A stretch of 63,613 nucleotides of DNA, counting the filler, from Octopus bimaculoides (taxonomy: Eukaryota), in the NCBI RefSeq assembly GCF_001194135.2. It is 5 parts of 5 records of this genome, joined end to end, with 100 filler letters (N's around TTAATTAATTAA, not from the genome) between each part and the next. Parts side by side here need not be neighbours in the genome. Positions count along the whole stretch, not along the records: positions 52,364 to 55,203 come from NW_026371662.1; positions 55,304 to 62,507 come from NC_068985.1; positions 62,608 to 63,613 come from NW_026406494.1; 2 more parts are not named here. The stretch is one strand, 5' to 3'. Under the pieces are notes generated by a model, which was not told where the DNA came from, did not search any database, and was given only the letters and a program-made list of their open reading frames with translations. Shown here piece by piece: positions 52,364-63,613 of this stretch (within the stretch, counting starts at the first letter, position 1; each line of letters starts with the position of its first letter). The position numbers and the translations under genes were made by a program.

Positions 52364-55203
52364 CAAAACTCCGATGGGATCTCGCCTTAACAAAATTCAG
52401 GACCGACATCTCTGTTACCCTGTCTAAACAATCCCGTTGCAAAACCAAATATGAAGCAATCGACAGTCTTATTGAAGATGAAATATCAAAACTAGCAACC
52501 AGCAATGTAAAAGAAAAAATGCGCGAACTATGGATCAAAGATATCTCCAAAGAAGAGAACAAATCAAGAAAAGTATGGCAGCAGAAACAACTATTCCTGG
52601 ATAAATATTCTACCAACTACGGTAAAGAATTTAAAACCCAGAGAAATAACAGTAAAAAAGAACAATCTCACCAACGTAACAAAAGCCAGAGCATGAGGCA
52701 ACATGAACGCCCATTCCGCCAGGAGTCAAAGAGGAACTACGGTTAGAACTTTTCCCTTTTTGTACGCAAACACCCTAATGTACACATTATAAACAAAACA
52801 CATGAACAAAATAAATATTTCTCTGATCAGACCATTAGACGTAGGAACACCAGATCATTTACAAAGTCTCAACAAAGACTACCTACAAAAAACTGGGCAA
52901 AAACCCGACCTAGAACTAGAAACAATACTAGACCATCCTCTCAGATCATTAAAACCAATATTAACAAATTGAAAAGGAAGATGTATAATTCCGAAAATAG
53001 GATGGAAAACATAACAATGCCAGGTAAAATAACACAACGAAAGCACAAACTTCAAGTCAACACCAACAAAAATAGAAACCAGAAACAGAAAAAAATTCAT
53101 TTTTTAATGTCAGGACAACAAACACCGGAGAAAGAAACATCACAAGAGGAAACATACCCAAAACAACTGGACATATAGATCCTAAGATAATTAATCTTTC
53201 CAGAAGAGATCTTGACAATGATGAAACCCAACTTCTGTTAAAAGGCCTGAAATTTACACCTACATTAACAGTCAACCACCATGAACTAAAGGAAGATATC
53301 TAGAAATTCTGTTGCAAGTTACGACTCGTGGAATTCTTCACCACCAATAATAATAATAATAATAATGAAACCGAAGATTCTTTAGTGAGAAATAAATCAA
53401 ATTTCACCCCACCAAAAGGCAAAAATATCTACCTTGACCAATATATTGACACCCTATCAAACTTCCCCCTAAAACAAAATACCAAAATTAGACCGAACAT
53501 TAACAAATCAGAGATATCTGCACTTAAACGCATACAAAACGATGAAACAATAATAATTAGACAAGCAGATAAAGAGGGTGCAATCGTTATCATGGATGTG
53601 GAATACTACAAGGATTTGGTTGAGGAACAACTGAAGGATACAACCTTCTATTGTGAAATACCCTCGAATATAGACCACCACATCATGAAGAAGATCAACC
53701 ACCTGATTTCTAAACACTACAACTCACTCACTGACAACGAAAGAGACTACATCACCAATTTCGAACCAAAACCCAGTAACTTTTACGGCTTACCTAAAAT
53801 ACATAAGTCAGAAGATATTCAACAGGCAGTAAAAGAACAAGGAAGCGAATACATAAAAGAGCTATATCCAAAAGATTTAAAACTTAGACCAATTATAGCT
53901 GGCCAAGCATGCCCTACTTATTGTCTAAGCAATTTCATCGACATTCTTTTGAAGTCACTTTGTACCTACATACCCAGCTTCATTCGGGATGACATCGACT
54001 TTTTATCCCATCTTCCCAAAACCAGTGAAACAAATTCAATCCTACAAAGCTTTGATGTAGTAATCCTATACGTCAATATCCCACATGATTTAGGAATAAA
54101 GGCGATCAAATACTGAGTAGATAAACACATAGAAGCAATTCCCAACAGATTCACGGTGACATTTATACTAGACTCAGTGAGACTTATTCTGGAAAACAAC
54201 ACTTTCTTCTTCAATGGAAAGAACTATATCCAAATTAAAGGCACGGCTATGGGAACGAGGTTTGCTCTCGTTTATGCGAATTCGGTGATGGGTTACTTAG
54301 AACAAAAACTCTACCAGGAAATAGAGGAGAGATACAACACTGAATTTAGAAAGTATATTGAAAAAGTATGGAAGAGATACCTCGACGATTGCTTTATAAT
54401 CTGGACAAAATCTCAAAACACTGTGGAAGAATTCAACAACCTACATCCATCCATCCATCCAATTTATAAAGGAGATGAGCAGTACCAAATTACCATTTCT
54501 AGATATAATGGTAGTTAATAAGAACCCCGCCATTACCACAGATATATATTATAAACACACAGATACACACCAATACCTGAATTTTAAATCGTGCCATCCA
54601 CCCCATACAAAACATAACATCCCATACTGCTTAACCAGAAGAATCTGTACTATTGTAGAGGATGTAAAGACCAGAAATCAGCGTCTGATGGAACTGAAAG
54701 AATTTCTGCTCAAGCAAAATTATCCGTCACAACTTATAGAAAATGGTATTCAGCAGGCTTCGAAAATACCCATACAACAACTGAAGACACCGCAAAGAAG
54801 AGAAAAACAAGAACAAATCATGCCATTTATAGTGACACACAATCCATGCCATCAGAACATCTTCAATATCGCTAAAGCGAACTTACCGATCCTTGCACAA
54901 AGTAAGTAATTGAGAAATATCATTACAGATCAAAGTATAACTCTCAGTAAGAGACAACCTAAAAACTTGAAAAAGCTATTAACAAAGGCAAGGTTTGACC
55001 TCAGCAACAAAAATCAAACATTCACTGTGTCCAAATGCAATGATAGCCGATGCGGTACATGCCAATCAATTCATACCGGCCCATATATGAACACAAAAAC
55101 AGGGAAAATATTCACCAATGCGAGCATGAACTGCAAAAGTAGAAATCTAATCTACTGCATCAAATTCCCAAATTGTGAAGAACTGTACGTTGGCCAGACA
55201 GGT
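52364..55203 (+). mobile_element. Penelope-like element (Neptune-type) RT plus GIY-YIG, truncated at both ends by linker gaps, few disabling lesions
   Basis: IINLS..LLKGLKFTPT; FYGLPKIHK; LRPIIAG; SFDVVILYVNIP; QIKGTAMGTRFA; KRYLDDCFIIW; LPFLDIMV; YYKHTDTHQYL; KCNDSRCGTC; NCKSRNLIYCI..YVGQTG. Stops near 53300, 54114, 54907 and a frameshift near 54470. Confidence 0.93.
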
Positions 55204-55471
55204 NNNNNNNNNNNNNNNNNNNNNNNNNNNNNNNNNNNNNNNNNNNNTTAATTAATTAANNNNNNNNNNNNNNNNNNNNNNNNNNNNNNNNNNNNNNNNN
55301 NNNTACTGCCTAAATTGAGAGACTCTGTTCTAAAGCAATATTACGTGATGTCTCCATTTTAAAAAAAGACTGTACAGAGTGATTTGAGAAATTTCTAGAT
55401 CGAATGGTCACATAAATATCTTCTCATTGCATCGTTCTAGACGCTGTTCTTGCTGTTGCTGTTGTTTTGGT

Positions 55472-56315
55472 TATTACCTCCGCCTTAGCGAAGGCGGTGG
55501 TATTGTTTTCAGTCGTGTTTGTTTGTTTGTTTGTTTGTCCGTGGACAAGATATCTCAAGAACCACTGGATAGATTCGGATGAAACTTTCAGGTATGTTTG
55601 GCCTCGTGACTTGCACGAATTGGTTAGCTTTTGGGATCGATCAAGTACTGGACAAGGATTCTGGNNNNNNNNNNNNNNNNNNNNNNNNNNNNNNNNNNNN
55701 NNNNNNNNNNNNNNNNNNNNNNNNNNNNNNNNNNNNNNNNNNNNNNNNNNNNNNNNNNNNNNNNNNNNNNNNNNNNNNNNNNNNNNNNNNNNNNNNNNNN
55801 NNNNNNNNNNNNNNNNNNNNNNNNNNNNNNNNNNNNNNNNNNNNNNNNNNNNNNNNNNNNNNNNNNNNNNNNNNNNNNNNNNNNNNNNNNNNNNNNNNNN
55901 NNNNNNNNNNNNNNNNNNNNNNNNNNNNNNNNNNNNNTTCCGGTTTTTTTTTTTACTTAATTTTTGAGAGCGGTCGAGTTCATTTTAAGTATTCTCGTTT
56001 ATAAAAGCAGCCGAGTTTATTTCAGGTATTCTCATTTAAAAAAGAAAACATCTCTGGCTAATCGTTGATAGGATGTTGGTGTTGCCTTAGCGGAGGTTTG
56101 TGTCACAGGCGGTTTGAGTTGTTTTTGTCGTGTTAGACGTAAGTCATAGTGTTAAATATTTGTTTGATTGATTGTTACTGTTCAAATTGTTGCTAGTGTT
56201 ATTTTAAATTGTTGTTTTTCCCCCACTGTGGTGTCTTTGTAGTGTCCCCCTCTGTGTTGTGGCCGTAGTGCCAAAATATAGAAACACTGGCAAGGTTTGC
56301 GCTCTCTGAGTGCTC
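55472..56315 (+). mobile_element. Helentron-associated (HINE/DINE-1-like) non-autonomous element with a nested insertion
   Basis: 5' ACCTCCGCCTT-agcg-AAGGCGGTGGT hairpin, (GTTT)n tract, 3' subterminal repeat GCGGAGGT at 56090-56097, terminal hairpin GCGCTC-tct-GAGTGC at 56299-56313. Confidence 0.55.
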
Positions 56316-56664
56316 ATGTTATTGCTACTGGTGACTGTTGTATGCGACAACATTTTACGTTTTTCTTTATGACGAAAAAATGAAGCTGTTCCCTAGTAAC
56401 GAACACAACAGCGATTAGCATAATTACGTTCGAATCTACCGTAACGCTTTAGGAACAGATATGAAGTCATCGTTTTGAATCCTGCTGTTTACGGTGCATA
56501 TGGTGGTACTTTTCTCAGAATGTGTCCATCCTTTCTTGAGAGTGTCAAATGTGATTCGTGGTATGTGCGTCTGTTATTTCTCACAAATCAGTTGACTCCA
56601 TAGTTTTTTTCTCATTGGTTCATAGCAGCTTGCGTCATCATCACCGCCGTCGTTGTTGTCGTCG

Positions 56665-56789
<125 letters not shown>

Positions 56790-59229
56790 GCTGCTGCTGC
56801 TGCTATCGTCGTCGTCATCCTGTTGCTGTGTACTTGTCTCAGAACGTGTCCATCCCTTTTTTAAGCCTGTAGGAATGTGTGACTGCTATTTCTTACAGAT
56901 TAGTTGATTATGTAGGAGTTCCCTTATTGGTCCACTATAATCGTTGTTGCTGTTATTAAAGTGTTGGTGGTGGTGGAGGGGTGACGATGCCGATGGTTGG
57001 ATTAATGATAATAATAGCATTTGTAATATCGTTGTTGGTTGTTGATGGTGAAAAGACATATAATCAAAGGCCTTTCCAACCGTGCCCATCACTTTTTTTC
57101 CTTTATGCAGGTATCCCTAGACAACATAACGCATCTTTTTCCTTAAGACGCTCGAGGGTAATTTTTAGGGCGGTGTGGATGCTATTTCTAGCAGGTCCAA
57201 CGACCACGTAGAGGCTCCTTCTTTGTCACTATGAACTGTCGGTTGCGGTAGTGGTAGTGGTGGTGATCGGGGTGGGGGTGCTCTTGCATGTACTGATGGT
57301 GCTAGTGGGTGGTGATGGTATAGGTTTTGCTGGTGGGTGGTGGTGATGGTGGTGGTGGTGGTGGTAGTGGTGATGGTGGTGGTGATGGTGGTGGTGGTGG
57401 TGGTNNNNNNNNNNNNNNNNNNNNNNNNNNNNNNNNNNNNNNNNNNNNNNNNNNNNNNNNNNNNNNNNNNNNNNNNNNNNNNNNNNNNNNNNNNNNNNNN
57501 NNNNNNNNNNNNNNNNNNNNNNNNNNNNNNNNNNNNNNNNNNNNNNNNNNNNNNNNNNNNNNGTGGAGGTACTCGTATTGGTGACGATAATGGGCGAAGT
57601 CGGAGACGAGTATTATTTATAGATCTTGTAGAGAGTCGGGGGTGGTAAATAGCGTTCTATTTTCGTACTGTTTACATAAGTGGGGGAGAGTATTTACGTA
57701 ACTTACATGAATGATATCGAAAAAAATGGTGGTGGTGGTGACAGTGTTGGCAATACTGTGGTAGTAAATAAAAATAGTGGTGGTAATGATAGCAGCAGCG
57801 GAGGGTGAAAGCGGTGGTGGTGGTGGTGATGGTGGCGGTGGTGGTGGTGGCGGTGGATCTTAGCTGTAACATAAGAGGGGAGAGGAAGTGAGGGAGTAGA
57901 AAAATTAACTCGCATTTAGGATGGGTAACCCTAGTTTGTTTATCGTCTCCTATATCCAAAACTTCATTAAATTTCTAAAAATAGAACCCGTGACTTCGCT
58001 TAATCACTAATTAGAAATGTTTGTTGTTGTTGTTATTATTGTTGTCGTTGTTGTTGTTGAACAATAATATTTACATAATCGGTCATTTGTGAACTATTAG
58101 TAGATTTCCATAAAATGTCGGATTAGCCCAATGATTATTATCACAGACACCGGCATCAAAATAGAATATGGTTACGAACTTTTGCTATACCATATAACTG
58201 GAGAAATTCAATATCAAGAAAAAGGAGGAGGAGGAGGAGAAGAAGAAGAAGAAGAAGAAGAAGAATGGTTTCAAATTTTGCCACAAGGGCACCAGTTTCA
58301 CTGGTACTTAATTTATCGACCCCGAAAGGATGAAAGCAAAGTCGACTTCGACGGAATTTGAACCCAGACTGTAGCGACGGGCGAAATACAACAACAATAA
58401 TAATAATGTTTCGTTCAACATCCTTAAACAACCCTTATTCAAGAACCTTTTGAGCAGGATGGTCTACTCGACCTGAAGAAAATTATAACTGGGCCCCACC
58501 TGCGAGGTCATGCGCTGTTTATTTTGATATGAGATCACCATGTCGCGCACATATGGTTGTGATGCATATGCCTGGTGTACCCTTATCAGACGGGTAGTCA
58601 TGATGGGTATATTGGGCTTCGTATATTTTACTCCAGTTTCACTTTGATGGCATGCATTACTCTCTTACTCAATAATAATAATAATAATAATAACAACAAC
58701 AATAACAACCCTAATCCTAACCCAGCTCATACAACTAAGAAGTTTCCTAATCAACCGGTAGTTTCAATAGCTATCTGCCAATATTAAATCAGACAAGTTT
58801 AGCATGTATCTCTAAAGCACGTGGGGCAGACTATCCTAAAAAAGTAAAATGTTCCTCACATCCTCACATGACTACTTACCGCCAAACGTATCTCAGCCGA
58901 CGCTATCAGCTTTTCGTAACACTTCGCGTCTTCTGCCGAGAGCTGCAGCAGAACATAACAGTAGACACTATTATCTGCTACACTCTCCGTGTCACTGCTG
59001 CCACATCTCCGGAAAATGTTGCTGGAGAGCCACAAACAACTAACACATGTTCTGCATGAACCGAATTATATAACTCTGTTGCCAAGTCACGTCTTTTCCA
59101 TTATGAGCCTTCGAACAACTTTCCTTACCTCTGTTTGGCGTTGAAGAAATGGCTGAGAATCTAGATGGTCATTCGTGGTACCTCTTATAATTTTCTCCCT
59201 AGCTACACTTCTAATCTATTTTCTCTATC

Positions 59230-59480
59230 ACTACTTTGCTATATCATATCATTTTTCCTTTAATCGCTCTCATCAGGACAATCCATTACTAGTTATTGAC
59301 AATTGCGTGTGCAATCCGGTCCAACCAAAAATGCGCAACCACAGAGTTATCAAAAATGGGTGCGCCAATGCGTGTATCCTAGAAACCCAAGTCTCGTTGA
59401 TAACAACAACATCTATATTGAGTGGTGATATGATATCGTCTATCAAGTAGCCTAACATCCAAACTGACACCAGACCACAT
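59230..59480 (-). mobile_element. Possible CR1/L2-type APE endonuclease remnant
   Basis: LGYLIDDIISPLNIDVVVINETWVS within ORF 59273..59707 resembles the APE domain D...I.ETW motif; weak otherwise. Confidence 0.3.
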
Positions 59481-61682
59481 GCTTTTTCACAACTTGCTAT
59501 GAATGTGGACAAATTCACTGCAGAAAATAAGTGAAAGAAGTCATTTTCATGTTCTTGGTGAAGAACAAAGAATTCGGTGTATTCAGTGGAGAGAGACCCT
59601 TTGGAAGTTGCCTCCATTATGTTCTTGTTCACTCTAATCTGGAACATTCTTACGTCATACGGCAATTTTGTTCTTAACGTCATGTCCAAGTCGGATGATG
59701 TTTCCAATAGATTTCTGCTTATTGGTGTATTGGGGGCAAATCTTCAAAAGTATCCCCCACACCCACTTCTTTTATATTTTTATTTTACTTCAGCACTGTA
59801 TTTCATGATTGTTTCTCTTTACAACACTGAGGCTGAATGAAGGGACTTTGTATCTGTAGCTGCAAGTTTTCTTCTTGTTTTACTGCTTTTATCGTGGTTG
59901 TATTCGTGTGCATCGTTTTTGTTGTTGTTGGTGTAGTTACGGGTTTAGCTGATGTTCTGATGGTAACGGTAGTGGTATGGAGGCGCAATGGCCCAGTGGT
60001 TAGGGCAGCGTACTCACAGTCGTACGATCGCGGTTTCGATTCCCAGACCGGGTGGTGTGAGTGTTTATTGAGTGAAAACACCTAAAAGCTCCTTGAGGCT
60101 CCGGCAGGGGATGGTGGCGAACCCTGCTGCACTCTTTCACCACAACTTTCTCTCACTCTTACTTCCTGTTACTGTTATGCCTGTATTTCAAAGGGTCAGC
60201 CTTGTCACATTGTGTCACGCTGAATATCCCCGAAAACTACGTTAAGTGTACACGTGCCTGTGGAGCACTCAGCCGCTTGCACGTTAATATCACGAGCAAG
60301 CTGNNNNNNNNNNNNNNNNNNNNNNNNNNNNNNNNNNNNNNNNNNNNNNNNNNNNNNNNNNNNNNNNNNNNNNNNNNNNNNNNNNNNNNNNNNNNNNNNN
60401 NNNNNNNNNNNNNNNNNNNNNNNNNNNNNNNNNNNNNNNNNNNNNNNNNNNNNNNNNNNNNNNNNNNNNNNNNNNNNNNNNNNNNNNNNNNNNNNNNNNN
60501 NNNNNNNNNNNNNNNNNNNNNNNNNNNNNNNNNNNNNNNNNNNNNNNNNNNNNNNNNNNNNNNNNNNNNNNNNNNNNNNNNNNNNNNNNNNNNNNNNNNN
60601 NNNNNNNNNNNNNNNNNNNNNNNNNNNNNNNNNNNNNNNNNNNNNNNNNNNNNNNNNNNNNNNNNNNNNNNNNNNNNNNNNNNNNNNNNNNNNNNNNNNN
60701 NNNNNNNNNNNNNNNNNNNNNNNNNNNNNNNNNNNNNNNNNNNNNNNNNNNNNNNNNNNNNNNNNNNNNNNNNNNNNNNNNNNNNNNNNNNNNNNNNNNN
60801 NNNNNNNNNNNNNNNNNNNNNNNNNNNNNNNNNNNNNNNNNNNNNNNNNNNNNNNNNNNNNNNNNNNNNNNNNNNNNNNNNNNNNNNNNNNNNNNNNNNN
60901 NNNNNNNNNNNNNNNNNNNNNNNNNNNNNNNNNNNNNNNNNNNNNNNNNNNNNNNNNNNNNNNNNNNNNNNNNNNNNNNNNNNNNNNNNNNNNNNNNNNN
61001 NNNNNNNNNNNNNNNNNNNNNNNNNNNNNNNNNNNNNNNNNNNNNNNNNNNNNNNNNNNNNNNNNNNNNNNNNNNNNNNNNNNNNNNNNNNNNNNNNNNN
61101 NNNNNNNNNNNNNNNNNNNNNNNNNNNNNNNNNNNNNNNNNNNNNNNNNNNNNNNNNNNNNNNNNNNNNNNNNNNNNNNNNNNNNNNNNNNNNNNNNNNN
61201 NNNNNNNNNNNTTTATTAATCTCCTTTCCTCTAAAATGGCATTTGTAGGAAATAATATTCAAATATTTATTCAAAACTGAATTTTTTTCTCATTTTATTA
61301 GTACATTGGTACTTAAATAAATAAAATAAAATAAAATAAAGTAAAATAAAATAAGACAAAATGAAGAGTTGTTTTGCTTATCTAGATTTTCATCATCTAT
61401 AAATGTCCTTAATGACCCGATATGAGATCTGAAAGAAAAACTAGCGAAACAACGTTGGTTAATGTCCTACCGGACTTCAAGTTCGTCTTCAACGCCCACG
61501 CCACGATTATTCAATCAACAGCCAATATATGACAGAACTATTTACTTCCTTTCCGAGCGAATACGCCTCGTTATTGTTTGTTTCTATTTACGGCGAAAAC
61601 CGCAACGTTCCTTCTTCACCACTTTCAGGTATGAGAATCATTCATTGGATCTTTCTTCCTTTCTTTCTTTCTGTAACTTTTT

Positions 61683-61727
<45 letters not shown>

Positions 61728-62652
61728 ATATGACGCACACGCATACACACAAATATATACACACAAATATATACACACAAATATATACACACGCACAAGC
61801 AGAAATATAACACATACACACGTTATCTCTTACATACTAATAAAAACTGAACACGACATCAAAGTAAATATATCAAGCTGCTTAGGATTTGTTCCTAATA
61901 ATGTGCATCCATTTGCATGATATGCATTCATCGAATATTTGAAACAGCTGTAAAGGTTTATTTACACCATATAAATATATATAATAGTATATAAACGCCT
62001 CGCCTTTGCACCTACAATTGTTTGTCTAATTATCCTCTTACGTAAACACATACACACACACACATATACATAACATATGTCACCAAAACCATTTTCCAAC
62101 ACCACCACCAGCACGTGAAAATACGTCCCAACACCCAAGAGTTGGCGAGTTGTTTGCACCAGTAGATGGAAAGCTGGTGTTACTGCTGCTAACACAAACG
62201 CAGAGCAGTTTAAATAAAATAACGAAGTCGATGTCACTAGACATTTCTTGGACCGCTTCTTTCTAAGGTTAAGCCTTTACGCCTGAAATATAAAGGTTTT
62301 GGTAAAACATTGTGTATTGTTAGAAGCTTTCCTTAATTTTCTCTTCTGTTTCTAATTCTATACAACAATGCTTCAAGCAAACTACAGCGCTCATATATAT
62401 ATATATATATATATATAGTTTTAGGGAAAAGAACCAAGGTTCATTAACACATCGATGAAAATCCACTGTCACATATAGAAAAATTAATAAGTAAAAGCAC
62501 AATAAATNNNNNNNNNNNNNNNNNNNNNNNNNNNNNNNNNNNNNNNNNNNNTTAATTAATTAANNNNNNNNNNNNNNNNNNNNNNNNNNNNNNNNNNNNN
62601 NNNNNNNATGACTGATGCGATATACACATTAGCCACCTCCGCCCGGCCTTTT

Positions 62653-62690
<38 letters not shown>

Positions 62691-63106
62691 TACTATCTAC
62701 TTGTGTGAGTGTATATAAAATCGATCGTGGAATTGTAAATTGTTTTAAAATTTCGCTGTATTTACAAAATCATACGCGGCAAAAAAAAAACCTAGGAAAA
62801 AGTTCAGCTGATGAAAGCGCCATCTATACTATTGTGAGAGTATTTATTACATACACACTCACTCACTCACTCACTCACATGAATGCACTACATGTATATG
62901 CTTGTGTGTGCGTATGAGTATGCGTGTGTGTGTGTGTGTGTGTGTGTTATATAATATAAATCTGGCCAAGTTAATAGCAAACAGCCAAAATCTTAAAATA
63001 ATTCTCTAAACGCGATATTTTGTTATGCAACCATAATATGCTGTAAAGTATATACAACGTTTTTATAAGTCAATACCGTGTCCTACTGTGTTAGCAGTGC
63101 ACTTTA

Positions 63107-63565
63107 CGAGGTCTGATCAATAAGTATCCGGATTGTTGCCATAGTAACAAAGCTGAAGCTTGCAAAGTGAAGCCGCTTGGCATAGATTGACCTGGAACTC
63201 TGTCGTGCGTACGCACTAAGTTTTGATTTCTAGCTCACTGTCGGTGTTTACAGCAGTGTTTGGAAGGAAGATGTGTAGCGCGTAGAGAAAGTTTTCATGG
63301 CAATACCTGCTCAGAGGCCTACGCAATGTTGTAGAAAGTGTATGGAGAGGAGTGTATGAGCAACACACAAGTGTACAAATGGTTCAGACGTTTCCAAGAT
63401 GGCCGAAAAAATGTCGATAGTAACGAACGTTCTGGGAAACCTGCAACCAGCAGAACTGAGAAAAACATTGCAAATATGCGTGCAGCTGTGAGGGAAAATC
63501 GATAGAATCACCAACCATGAGATATCGGAGGATGTACAGATTAGTTCCGGTTCAGTTCATCCTTC
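63107..63565 (+). mobile_element. Mariner element 5' end (TIR and helix-turn-helix region), truncated
   Basis: TA|CGAGGTCTGATCAATAAGTATCCGG terminus; VYGEECMSNTQVYKWFRRFQDGRKNVDSNERSGKPATSRT. Confidence 0.8.
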
Positions 63566-63569
63566 TCTG

Positions 63570-63612
<43 letters not shown>

Positions 63613-63613
63613 A

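Noticed and set aside
61915-61957. Further hammerhead-like remnants (GAAACAGCTGTA here; also about 15838-15857 with 17700-17720, 34420-34470, 59140-59178, 61400-61460)
   Set aside because: The CUGANGA or GAAA core is mutated or missing in each; at best decayed copies.

Overview
Eukaryotic, AT-rich, gap-ridden draft sequence, most likely a coleoid cephalopod (Octopus-type SINE families and microsatellites; species not provable from sequence alone). The only host gene I can support is the 3' part of PRPF8/Prp8 on the + strand: 12 GT-AG exons from 22668 to 45155 encoding about 934 C-terminal residues (about human 1402-2335), one exon being partly hidden in a gap. Upstream exons are not visible. 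Four N44-TTAATTAATTAA-N44 linkers (20239, 52264, 55204, 62508) suggest the window is a concatenation of separate contigs, so neighbourhood across them is unreliable. The rest is transposon debris: RTE, RLE-type and Penelope-like retroelements, maT/rosa/mariner and Chapaev-like transposases, piggyBac/hAT/mariner MITEs, a Helentron-like HINE, several SINE families, and mini/microsatellites. I did not find a convincingly new biological system. The best second-look items are: an intact minimal hammerhead ribozyme in a 5'-inverted Penelope fragment inside a PRPF8 intron; a twin-priming-type inverted RTE; a minisatellite that copies a PRPF8 5' splice site many times; a 1038-nt exon suggesting loss of several adjacent introns; a 111-bp-arm hairpin just before that exon; and an RFX X-box cluster after the stop codon. 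All coordinates were counted by hand, TE boundaries are approximate, and family assignments are from motif recall rather than database searches.
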